Shown here piece after piece: positions 7,829 to 16,033 of a stretch of DNA of 16,518 nucleotides. Origin of the DNA: Bacteriovoracaceae bacterium (lineage in GTDB: Bacteria; Bdellovibrionota; Bacteriovoracia; Bacteriovoracales; Bacteriovoracaceae). Below the pieces are notes generated by a model. The model did not search any database. It had not been told where the DNA came from and saw nothing but the letters and a program-made list of their open reading frames with translations. The stretch is from positions 1 through 16,518 of the forward strand of contig JBMYPC010000066.1 in assembly GCA_049599895.1 (NCBI GenBank), in the 5' to 3' direction. A program made the position numbers and the translations under genes. Every line of letters starts with the position of its first letter. Positions within the stretch are counted from its first letter, which is position 1.

Positions 7829-8550
7829 TTTTGCCCTCCAAAAAGATAGCTTAGTGTTAAGTGAGTCACGAGGTCATGATTAAGTCTGTTTTCAACAAGA
7901 GTTTCTTCTTGGAAATATTGATTTCTAAAGCCAAGTCTTGCGGCAACACTCTTTCCAAACCAAAAAGCAAACCCACCTTCAAGGATTCCCATAGGGGCCA
8001 GGCCACTTTGTTTTTGAATCATACCAGCACCAAAACTCCAGTATTGATCAAAATAGAAGACTGTATCAATTCCAAGTCTAAATTTTCCGTAGAAAAGGTT
8101 GTACTCAGCAGTTAGGTCATATTGATAATCTGGATAGTCAAAATCTGGGAGAACTTCGCCTTTTTCTAAAAGGTAGTCACCATCATTATCTAATTCATTG
8201 TTATAAACAATACCTGTTACACCTAGGGCCCATTTATCGTTAAAGTGATATCTGTAGCTCACACCATATTGAGTTGAGTTTACATAGTCTGGAGAGGCGA
8301 GGTTCATACCGGCCATGTATCCAATTTCATGTCTTTTGCTGAGAGGGTTCACTCTTGTTTGAATAGAGTAAAGTCTCTCTTTTGAAACATTATTTGGGGC
8401 TTTGTTTGCAGGTAAACTCAAAGACTCTAATTGTTCCTCTAGAGATGGCCCTTTGCCTTGTTCTTCATCTGCAAATGCGCTTGTCGAATAAAGACTTAGT
8501 GCCAGTAACGGATAAACTAATTTTTTTGTAAAACTTTTTACTGTTCTCAT
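7825..8550 (-). CDS. Outer-membrane beta-barrel protein, GltA/GltB type
   Basis: Signal peptide (...SAFA); SIQTR...KRHE N-terminal motif, alternating aromatic strands (YRYHFNDKWALG, YNLFYGKF), C-terminal LSYLF; located inside the glt-like cluster. Confidence 0.82.
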   Translation of the reverse strand: MRTVKSFTKKLVYPLLALSLYSTSAFADEEQGKGPSLEEQLESLSLPANKAPNNVSKERLYSIQTRVNPLSKRHEIGYMAGMNLASPDYVNSTQYGVSYRYHFNDKWALGVTGIVYNNELDNDGDYLLEKGEVLPDFDYPDYQYDLTAEYNLFYGKFRLGIDTVFYFDQYWSFGAGMIQKQSGLAPMGILEGGFAFWFGKSVAARLGFRNQYFQEETLVENRLNHDLVTHLTLSYLFGGQK

Positions 8551-8554
8551 TCTA

Positions 8555-10624
8555 TTACTCCACTAATTTTTTAAACCATTGTTTAACTAAGTCTGACTCA
8601 GAACTGTCGGCTTTGATTTCACCCCATTCTGTACCCATAATAATAAGCTTCCCTGATTTTCCGTTGTCATTTTCACAACTGACTGAAACAGGTCTTTTAA
8701 AGAAATTTGGATCATTCATGTTTTCAAGGACAAGCATCTCTTTACACGGTGATACTGAACTTTTTTGAATCCATGCTGGATCAAGACTTTCAGAACTTGA
8801 TTTTCCAAGAAGCTTGATTTCTTTTGTATTTTTCGTAAGTCCTGATTCAACTGACGGGAAAAGGTTAATGTCAGCAAATTGTGTATTTGGAAGACTCGCC
8901 TTGAGGCGACCAACAATCTTGACTTGGTGTTGTTCAAACTCGTCTTTAACAATTTGTGGGAGGTCTTCAATTAACGGACTTGCAATGATGACGTTTTTAA
9001 AGTTTGCAAGAACGCCTTTGTAAAACTCGTCACCTAAGTTTGCTTTAATTACCTCTGTTCCAATAATAACAGTCTCTCTCTTTTCTGTAAGAGGATGCTC
9101 AAGTTTTTGTGTTTGAGGATTGATAAAGTTTGTTTTTTCTGAGTTCTCAGAAAAACTTTTAAATTCAGATGAAGTGAGTGAGTCTCCTAAATAAATTGTT
9201 CCGTACCAATCTTTTGGAAGAACTTTGTAAGTAAAAACCTGAGTGGAGGTGAGTCCATAAGCCGAAGTGACATTTAAGGCAAATTGTCCAGGTCCCGCTT
9301 TGTTGGCCTTTATGGTAACAAGGATCTCATCTGGGTTTGTCAGTAGGGCCTCAACATCATTCCCACTTGCTGGAGTTTCTTTTGTTTCTACGACTGGCTG
9401 TGGTTCACCTTCAGCAACAGAAACCTTAAGTTTTTTGGCGAACTCTTCACCAAGTGAAAGATAGACCATCTCGTTAGTATCCCAGTTCTCTCTAGCAACA
9501 ATTGGGAATGGTCTTGTTTCATCTACATAAGTTACTTTTGTGTCATGTTCATAACATTCATTAGGTCTCTTGTAGCGATTGAGAACACAAATATTGAATC
9601 TGAATGTATCAGTTGTTCCAATTTTCGCTGGAGGAATATCTGAAACCATAACTCTTGCAATGACAGCTTTTTGATTTGGATTAGAAAAAGAGCTTGTTTC
9701 AATTTTAATTTCACCGATAACGGGACCAATTCCTTTCACTTTTACAATTGGCTCTACTTCATTGTTTTTATCGATAGCAATAAATTGAAATTCAGCATTT
9801 AAGCCTTGTTCAATTTTTTTAGGGATATAGACAATAGGCTTTGCTCTTTTGTCTGTGACTTTTAAAGTTTTTACTAGTGAAGGGTTTTTGTATCCATCTG
9901 GCTCAATCACTGTAATTGTAATGTCTCTTTCAATCGCACAGGTCCAGGCACTTGGGCAAGCTGTTGAGTCAGTTCTTAGAATTTCGCTAAAGTCTGGAGT
10001 ATATTCAAGGGTCCAAATTGTTGGGTCGTTTTGATCTGGTTTCGCATCAAGATTTGTCGGTGCACCAGCAATTACGACTTCAAATGGCCCCGTAGGGAAT
10101 TCTTGAGATTCAATCTTTAGCTTTTTACTAACTTTATCTCCTTCATTAACAGAGATCATGTCATAGTTACCAGTTCCAAAGGAGATCTTGGTTTCCATTC
10201 TCTTGTTACGGACTTTAATAGTTGCTGCATAGGTCGTTGCAATACTTGGGTTGGCACTACTTGATACCCAAATCGTGATATCTCTAAAGCTAAAAACTTT
10301 CTTTGAGTCAGTAACATCGAGCTTTGGTGTATAAACAAGTTCGCTTGTGGCCTTGTCGAAGAATGCCCCGTCTGGAAGATTCTCGAATCTAAGAACAGGA
10401 TTTCCTTTTGGTACTGTAAACCTCATTTTATAGCGACTCTCTGTCCCTTCAGTAAAAGTCATGATCTTTTCATAGCTAGCGCTTCCACCTGCTGGTACAG
10501 CTCTCTTGTCTTGAGGTCTTTGTGCAGTAAGATTCTCTTTTTTGACTTTGTTGTAAGGATTGTCATTACAACCAACTGCCAAAACAAGTGTTGCTGCGAC
10601 TAATGTTTGCTTTATCATTTCCAT
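8555..10624 (-). CDS. Large lipoprotein with about four tandem cadherin/Ig-like domains and a C-terminal alpha/beta domain
   Basis: Lipobox AVGC (Cys19). Repeated motifs FTEG...NLPDGAFFD...LVYTP and VNEG...LEYTP. Domain-end linkers IKVRNKR, LKVTDKRAKP, TYVDETRPFP and YKVLP spaced about 100-120 aa apart. RBS GGAG upstream. Confidence 0.75.
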   Translation of the reverse strand: MEMIKQTLVAATLVLAVGCNDNPYNKVKKENLTAQRPQDKRAVPAGGSASYEKIMTFTEGTESRYKMRFTVPKGNPVLRFENLPDGAFFDKATSELVYTPKLDVTDSKKVFSFRDITIWVSSSANPSIATTYAATIKVRNKRMETKISFGTGNYDMISVNEGDKVSKKLKIESQEFPTGPFEVVIAGAPTNLDAKPDQNDPTIWTLEYTPDFSEILRTDSTACPSAWTCAIERDITITVIEPDGYKNPSLVKTLKVTDKRAKPIVYIPKKIEQGLNAEFQFIAIDKNNEVEPIVKVKGIGPVIGEIKIETSSFSNPNQKAVIARVMVSDIPPAKIGTTDTFRFNICVLNRYKRPNECYEHDTKVTYVDETRPFPIVARENWDTNEMVYLSLGEEFAKKLKVSVAEGEPQPVVETKETPASGNDVEALLTNPDEILVTIKANKAGPGQFALNVTSAYGLTSTQVFTYKVLPKDWYGTIYLGDSLTSSEFKSFSENSEKTNFINPQTQKLEHPLTEKRETVIIGTEVIKANLGDEFYKGVLANFKNVIIASPLIEDLPQIVKDEFEQHQVKIVGRLKASLPNTQFADINLFPSVESGLTKNTKEIKLLGKSSSESLDPAWIQKSSVSPCKEMLVLENMNDPNFFKRPVSVSCENDNGKSGKLIIMGTEWGEIKADSSESDLVKQWFKKLVE

Positions 10625-10655
10625 CTCCTAACTCGATGCTTCTTCTATCTTGCTA

Positions 10656-11855
10656 CTACGATCTAACTGGTCTTAATATAAATGGGTAAGTGATAGGAAC
10701 CTTCACTCCACCTCTTGGCTTTGGAAAAATCCAGTTGACCATTTTCTTTGTAATACATTGTTCTACTTGAGTGTTTCCTAAACTAGAGCTCTTCACTCTT
10801 GAAAAATCAACTCCGCCATTTCCATTAACTTGAAAAGCGACTGTCACTTTGCCTGCTAAAGCAGGGTTCTTTTGGAGACCCTTTTCATAACAGGCCCTAA
10901 CCTGATTAAGGTATTTTGCTATTGTCGCCTGAACAACATAAGCATCTAAACCACCATCGAGAACCATGTCATTTGAAATAGGAATTGAAGAGAGTCCAGA
11001 GCCTTCGCCTGAAGCAACACTTGTGGTTCCATAACCACCTTTTCCGCCTCCACGACCTTTGGTTCCAATTCCACCAAGTCCTGTAACTCCGGTATTACCA
11101 ACAGTTGTTTTCTTGACACCTTTTCCAAGACCAACGAGGAGTTCTCCACCGCTTCCTTCTTGTCCGTTACCCACTCCGGCTGAGTTTTTAAGGTTTGTGG
11201 TGGCACCACCAACAGCTTTTTTAAGGTTTTGATTCCCAACTAACCCTAAGAAGCCTAAGTTTTGCTTAACAGCTCTGTGGGCCTTTTGCTTTTTAGTTAA
11301 AGGCTTAGGCTTTTTCATAATCTTAGGTCTTGGAATTTGTACTGCTTTTGGTTTTTCAATAACTGTCACGGTAATTGGTTCTTCGAGTTTTTTCTCTTCT
11401 TCCTCTTCTGGCTGAGCTCGAAGCCAAAGAAGGCCACTCACCATTAAAAGAAGAAGTAAGAAAGCACTAAGAAGAGATCTGTTGAAGACCTTGTCTGCTT
11501 CTTCTTCTATTTGGTGATGGTAGGGAAGTGTGATCTCGTCTTCATGAGTTCCAGCTTCAATGACTTGAAAAGCAACTGACCCGTTCGAGACTAACCAACT
11601 TCCATCTCCAAGGTCTTGAATCATGCCATTTTCAAGGCCTACGGGAATGAGTTTGTTTCCTCTTTTTTTAAAGCGAAACTTGAGCTTCCAAGGATTCTCG
11701 ATATTAACGAGTCCTCTTCTTTTACGCATATGTTCACGCTCATTGGAAAGACGTTCAGTAATGATCCCAAACTTTTCGTGGAGTCCATAAACTTCTGTTT
11801 CTGGAGCCACCAAGTTCTTGAGAAAGTTTCCATTGCTGTCGGATATGATCATCAT
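10656..11855 (-). CDS. gltG: GltG/PglI-like inner-membrane protein with AgmX/PglI (TonB-C-like) C-terminal domain
   Basis: One TM helix (LLSAFLLLLLMVSGLLWL), Glu/Lys/Pro linker, Gly-rich tract, and C-terminal GGLD...VRACYEKGLQKNPALAGKV...VEQCI...WIFPKPRGG..V.ITYPF. ATGA overlap with gltF. Confidence 0.85.
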   Translation of the reverse strand: MMIISDSNGNFLKNLVAPETEVYGLHEKFGIITERLSNEREHMRKRRGLVNIENPWKLKFRFKKRGNKLIPVGLENGMIQDLGDGSWLVSNGSVAFQVIEAGTHEDEITLPYHHQIEEEADKVFNRSLLSAFLLLLLMVSGLLWLRAQPEEEEEKKLEEPITVTVIEKPKAVQIPRPKIMKKPKPLTKKQKAHRAVKQNLGFLGLVGNQNLKKAVGGATTNLKNSAGVGNGQEGSGGELLVGLGKGVKKTTVGNTGVTGLGGIGTKGRGGGKGGYGTTSVASGEGSGLSSIPISNDMVLDGGLDAYVVQATIAKYLNQVRACYEKGLQKNPALAGKVTVAFQVNGNGGVDFSRVKSSSLGNTQVEQCITKKMVNWIFPKPRGGVKVPITYPFILRPVRS

Positions 11856-12130
11856 GGGACTTCTACTCCTAGGTCGATGGCCATGTGATCGAGAAAGTCT
11901 TCTCTAAGCTTTAGAAGCCCTTCGTCTTCACCGCCAACATCACCTGTTACAATTGAGATTTCTGGTCTTTTGAGCTGGCCTTTAATTAAGATTGATTCAA
12001 AATCTAATCTCTTGGCCTTTCGGTATTTAATGTTTTTCTTAGACTTGTCAGAGTCATCTTGTGCGCTGACATTGCTAAAACATGTAACACCTATTAGAGC
12101 TGATATGATTAATAGTTTAAGCTTTTTCAT
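11852..12130 (-). CDS. gltF: GltF/CglF-like small exported protein
   Basis: Signal peptide, then LDFESILIKGQLKRPE...LLKLREDF, matching the CglF pattern DF....I.G.L.RP...LI..R..F; immediately upstream of gltG as in myxobacteria. Confidence 0.78.
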   Translation of the reverse strand: MKKLKLLIISALIGVTCFSNVSAQDDSDKSKKNIKYRKAKRLDFESILIKGQLKRPEISIVTGDVGGEDEGLLKLREDFLDHMAIDLGVEVP

Positions 12131-12150
12131 AAATCCCTCTTTTCTAAGCC

Positions 12151-14946
12151 CTATTTTTCTTCTTGCTTCTCAGAAGCTGTTCTTTCTTTAAAATACGCCG
12201 CTTGTCTTTTGAAACCATTTGTTTCGTAAAATGCCTGAAGTTCTCCTAAGGCTTGGTTGTCGTATGGGTTAGACTCAAGCTTCGTCATCATTGGCTGTGT
12301 TAGTGCAAGATTAAGTGATTCCACAGTTTTTTCAGGTGAAAGTGGTGTGACTTTAATGAATTTTTTGTAGTCAACTTTTGCTAAGTCTGTTGTCGGTTCA
12401 GCTAAGACAGAGTCAAGATAGGCTATCTGTTCTTGATCTTCGATTTTTGCTTTTTGTTCTGTCGCTAGCTTTTCATAATCACTTGCAAGTTGAGTGAATG
12501 GAGAGGCCATTTGATTAAGTTGAGCTTCAACCTGAGTTTTAATCTCTGGAGTAAGTCCTTCTGGTAGTGGAGTTTTTAAGATTTCAGATTCAAGATCCTT
12601 GTAGCTCTTGCTGACGACATTGGCGATGATCACCCTCGTTGGATAATTCCCACCCTGGAGGTATTTCTCAGCTGTGGTTTTTAAAGCAGTAATAAACTTA
12701 ATTCTTCTTTTGAAGTTTCTTTTTGATCGGCGACCATAGAAACCTCTTTTTCTTTGTTTTGCATCAGCTTTTAAAACAGCTGCGATTGCAATCTTTGACC
12801 ATGTGTAACCAAGTTGGTCTTTTGAAGAGGCGATAATCTTTTTTGTTCTCTTGTTACCTTTATCGAAATAATCAAGTTGTTGAACAATTCTAAGCTTTCT
12901 TTCTGGTGACCAAGCAATCTTGAGGGCCTTGGCATCGTTGAGCATTCCAGCTTCAAAGAATGTGAGATAGAGAAGTGGTTCAAGCTTAGGATCGAGTTTT
13001 TTCAGTTTTGAAACTTTATTCCAAAGTTTCTTTAGAATTCGGTCTCTTGCTTTTGTATCACCATCCATCTCATAAAGAAGAGCAATTTTAATGTATTCCT
13101 GGATTGGAGCTCTTTTAACTTTTAGTTTGTATTTTTCTCTTAATTTTGCAGCATCTGAAAAACGCCCCATCAGCTCATATTCATTCATAAGAGCTTTTTC
13201 GTCTTTTGCTTTCTCTAATAAAGTGATAAGTGCCGCTTGGTTTGAAAGCTGTACAGCGAGAACTTTAGCGTTATCACAAGCTTTTTGACCAAAAGTCCCA
13301 TCTTTACAGTATCCCATAAAGGTTTCAAGGGCCTTTTCTGTTTGGCCAAGATTAACCGCAGACTCAAACTTTGCCTGAGTTTGAATCTTCTTGAGTTCAG
13401 AGAAATCTTTTTTGAAACCAGCTTTTTCAAAGTCAGCTTGTCTTTCGAGAAATGGTGCGATTTCAGATACGATAACATCAACATCTTTTTTCTGATTTAA
13501 AATATCAAGAAAGAGGTTAAGAGATTGAACGGCCCATTTATCGATTGTTGCAGCTATTGCTAGCTCTTTAAAAATTGGTGCTGCTTTATCGTTCTCTTTT
13601 TTCTCATACATTTCTCTAGCGGCAATATAGCGATATTTTCTTTGGTCATCGCCTTTAACCATTTTTGATAATGTTAGAGCTGTTTCAATAACTTTTTCAG
13701 AGTTCTTAAGTTTTTGATAGTGACCTAGAAGTGATTTTCTATGCTTGAGTTCAAGTTTCTCAAGACCAAGGGTTCTTTCTTCATTGGCCCATTTCGAAAC
13801 GAGTTCAGCTTTTTCTTCACGTGAATCAATAACATCAAGGTAACCTTCGATCATCTTCTCTCTTAGTTCATCTTTTGGATAAAGACCGAGGTATAAGTCG
13901 ATTGAGGTTCGAAGAGCTGGTTTATAGCCAGCATTTTCTTTTCTTAGAGAATCGAGCTGAACGATGATTCTTTTGACGATCTCTTTGGTTTTCTTTGCTT
14001 CTTCTTTGTCTGATGGAATCTTTGCATCTTTTAAAGAAAGATCTTCGGCGAGTTCTTCAACTCTTTCCATATCCCTAAAACCAATTGATTCTTCGATAAG
14101 TCTTAAACGATAGAAAAACTTCGGAGTCTTATTAAAAACTTGTTCAAGAAAATAAGTTCCAGCCTTTCTGTTACCTGCGGCATAGAAAGCATCTGACATT
14201 TCTTTAATCAGTTCAGGGTTTCCAGTTTGTTGAGTGAGGTTTTGAAACTCTTCGAGTTCTGAAACACCATCAGTTACTTTGTTTGAGACGAAAAGTTTAA
14301 AGTCTCTTAATGATTGCTCGTTACTTTGTCCTTTAGAATCAAAAAGTGTCTTTCGGATCTCTGTAACGGCTTCATTGACTTTGCCTTCACGGTAAAGAAG
14401 CCAAGAAAGTTGGTATCTCGTGTAAGCACAGGAATCACCTGAATTACAAAGTTTTAGAGATTCGTTGTAGAAATGTTGTGATTGTTTGAAGTTGCCCTTG
14501 TTTGAATAGTACTCAGCAAGTGAGAGGGAAGCCTCTTTTTTGACTTTTAGTGGAGAGTATTGGTCTTTGAAAACTTTTGTGAAGAAATCAACAGCTTTCT
14601 TTTGATCTGTTCCACGATTATAAAGACGAGCTAGTTGAAACTGGATCAAAGCTTTTTGCTGGCCTTGTGGAGCTTTAAACTTACCCTTAAAGCCTGTGAG
14701 AACATTAGAATAGGCTTTGATGGCCTTTTTTGTGTTCTTGACAACATTCTGTTCTTTCGTGATTTGTTCAAAATAAAGATCTCCAAGTCTAATTGAGAGC
14801 TTCATTTTCGCTTTGTCTCTTGGAGTTAAGGATCTTGTGAGTTGTTCCAGTTCTTTAATAAGAACAACATCCGCTTTAAGCTCTCCAAAACTGAGAGCTG
14901 TAAAGATCATAACTAAACCAAAAGTAATATACTTTTTTGTCATCAT
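12151..14946 (-). CDS. gltD: GltD/AgmU-like large periplasmic TPR protein
   Basis: Signal peptide; TPR motifs (IRLGDLYFE, FQLARLY, LSLAEYY, YQLSWLLYREG); C-terminal TPLPEGLTPE...QLNQMASPF motif as in GltD; position between aglS and gltF. Confidence 0.75.
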   Translation of the reverse strand: MMTKKYITFGLVMIFTALSFGELKADVVLIKELEQLTRSLTPRDKAKMKLSIRLGDLYFEQITKEQNVVKNTKKAIKAYSNVLTGFKGKFKAPQGQQKALIQFQLARLYNRGTDQKKAVDFFTKVFKDQYSPLKVKKEASLSLAEYYSNKGNFKQSQHFYNESLKLCNSGDSCAYTRYQLSWLLYREGKVNEAVTEIRKTLFDSKGQSNEQSLRDFKLFVSNKVTDGVSELEEFQNLTQQTGNPELIKEMSDAFYAAGNRKAGTYFLEQVFNKTPKFFYRLRLIEESIGFRDMERVEELAEDLSLKDAKIPSDKEEAKKTKEIVKRIIVQLDSLRKENAGYKPALRTSIDLYLGLYPKDELREKMIEGYLDVIDSREEKAELVSKWANEERTLGLEKLELKHRKSLLGHYQKLKNSEKVIETALTLSKMVKGDDQRKYRYIAAREMYEKKENDKAAPIFKELAIAATIDKWAVQSLNLFLDILNQKKDVDVIVSEIAPFLERQADFEKAGFKKDFSELKKIQTQAKFESAVNLGQTEKALETFMGYCKDGTFGQKACDNAKVLAVQLSNQAALITLLEKAKDEKALMNEYELMGRFSDAAKLREKYKLKVKRAPIQEYIKIALLYEMDGDTKARDRILKKLWNKVSKLKKLDPKLEPLLYLTFFEAGMLNDAKALKIAWSPERKLRIVQQLDYFDKGNKRTKKIIASSKDQLGYTWSKIAIAAVLKADAKQRKRGFYGRRSKRNFKRRIKFITALKTTAEKYLQGGNYPTRVIIANVVSKSYKDLESEILKTPLPEGLTPEIKTQVEAQLNQMASPFTQLASDYEKLATEQKAKIEDQEQIAYLDSVLAEPTTDLAKVDYKKFIKVTPLSPEKTVESLNLALTQPMMTKLESNPYDNQALGELQAFYETNGFKRQAAYFKERTASEKQEEK

Positions 14947-15464
14947 TACAGACCGCCACCTACAACTGCTAACTTGATTGAGTGATAATTCATTCCGTTT
15001 AATATTCCCATCATCTTCGCCACAACAGTACTTGGAACTTCTTTGTGGGCCTGAAGGTTGATTTCACCAGGGAAAGCTTTTCCTGGATGAGATTTTGTCC
15101 ATGAGACTTTGAGCTTTTTGATGTGCTTATCAATAAGCCAAGGCTTGCGCATGATGAGACTAAGCTTTCCTACTAATTTTTGATCGATATAGACTTCTTC
15201 TTTTGAAATTGAAATCACTGGTGCTTCAGTGACTTCTTTTGCTGTCATTGAGCGAGGAAGTTCAACACCTTTAGTCACAAGAATTTCAGGAGTTGATGAA
15301 AACGTTTGAAGAAGGAAGACAACTAACATGCTGAAAACGTCAACCATTGACGTTAGCATGAGTCCTCCAAAGAGAACTTTTTTGAATTTCTTTTTCTTTT
15401 GAGATCTCTTAAGAAGATGCCTTTCAAAAACGATATCATCAGTAATGTTTTGATTTGCAATCAT
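14946..15464 (-). CDS. aglS: ExbD/TolR-family protein (AglS-like)
   Basis: LMLTSMVDVFSMLVVFLL TM segment with the conserved Asp, GVELP, periplasmic ExbD domain; third gene of a TolQ-ExbD-ExbD trio. Confidence 0.85.
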   Translation of the reverse strand: MIANQNITDDIVFERHLLKRSQKKKKFKKVLFGGLMLTSMVDVFSMLVVFLLQTFSSTPEILVTKGVELPRSMTAKEVTEAPVISISKEEVYIDQKLVGKLSLIMRKPWLIDKHIKKLKVSWTKSHPGKAFPGEINLQAHKEVPSTVVAKMMGILNGMNYHSIKLAVVGGGL

Positions 15465-15488
15465 ATATATCCTTTCTCGACCTTTTGA

Positions 15489-15947
15489 TTAACGGCCAGA
15501 AACAATTCCAATGTTGAGAATTTTGTTCTCTCTTAACACGTCCAGGGCCTTGATCATCTCACCGTAATCTAATGCACGGATAGGTGAAACAAAGGCTGAT
15601 TCGATTTTTTTCGCTTTTTTACCTTGAGTCCATGAAGTGATGACGCCTTTAAGCTTTTCAACAACTTCATCATGGTCTTTCGCTTTAACAAGAGTTCTTC
15701 TAAAACGCTTACCGTTTTTCTTAAGAACAACTTGTAGTCGATCAATTTTTTTATAGTTTAAGGCAACTTCATAACTCTCTTTTTTGCTAGGAGCTGCTTC
15801 TGTTCCATGAGTTTGTTTAATATCAACAGTGGCCACTTGTATCCAAACTGCTGAGATGAGGAGAAAACAAACACATGTTGAGAGAAGATCGATGAATGGA
15901 GTTAAGATTAACTCGGCATTTAAATCTTTCTTTCTGTGTAAAGACAT
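15489..15947 (-). CDS. aglQ: ExbD/TolR-family protein (AglQ-like)
   Basis: ELILTPFIDLLSTCVCFLLISAVW TM segment with the conserved Asp; YGEMIKALDVLR; RBS AAGGA. Confidence 0.85.
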   Translation of the reverse strand: MSLHRKKDLNAELILTPFIDLLSTCVCFLLISAVWIQVATVDIKQTHGTEAAPSKKESYEVALNYKKIDRLQVVLKKNGKRFRRTLVKAKDHDEVVEKLKGVITSWTQGKKAKKIESAFVSPIRALDYGEMIKALDVLRENKILNIGIVSGR

Positions 15948-15958
15948 AAGTTATCCTT

Positions 15959-15991
15959 AAAGCTAGGGCCTTCATAAATGAAAGCCACTTT
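15959..15991 (-). other. Intercistronic mRNA stem-loop between aglR and aglQ
   Basis: Minus strand AAAGT-GGCTTTCA-TTTA-TGAAGGCC-(CTA)-GCTTT: 8-bp core stem with one G-U pair plus a 5-bp extension, ending just before the aglQ RBS; no long U-tract. Confidence 0.5.
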
Positions 15992-16033
15992 ATTGTTAAT
16001 CGACGAAGACCTTAATTTTGCAAAGACGCAAAA

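Noticed and set aside
11000..11220. Gly-rich low-complexity tract as a DNA repeat or collagen-like region
   Set aside because: It is the usual flexible linker of GltG/AgmX-type proteins; there is no sustained Gly-X-Y period or exact nucleotide repeat.
1262..13500. Many short overlapping ORFs in the track (e.g. 1262-1549, 1442-1714, 1756-2019, 3672-3959, 5067-5300, 7158-7400, 10946-11239, 13215-13484)
   Set aside because: They are antisense or alternate-frame shadows of well-supported genes, with no recognisable motifs.
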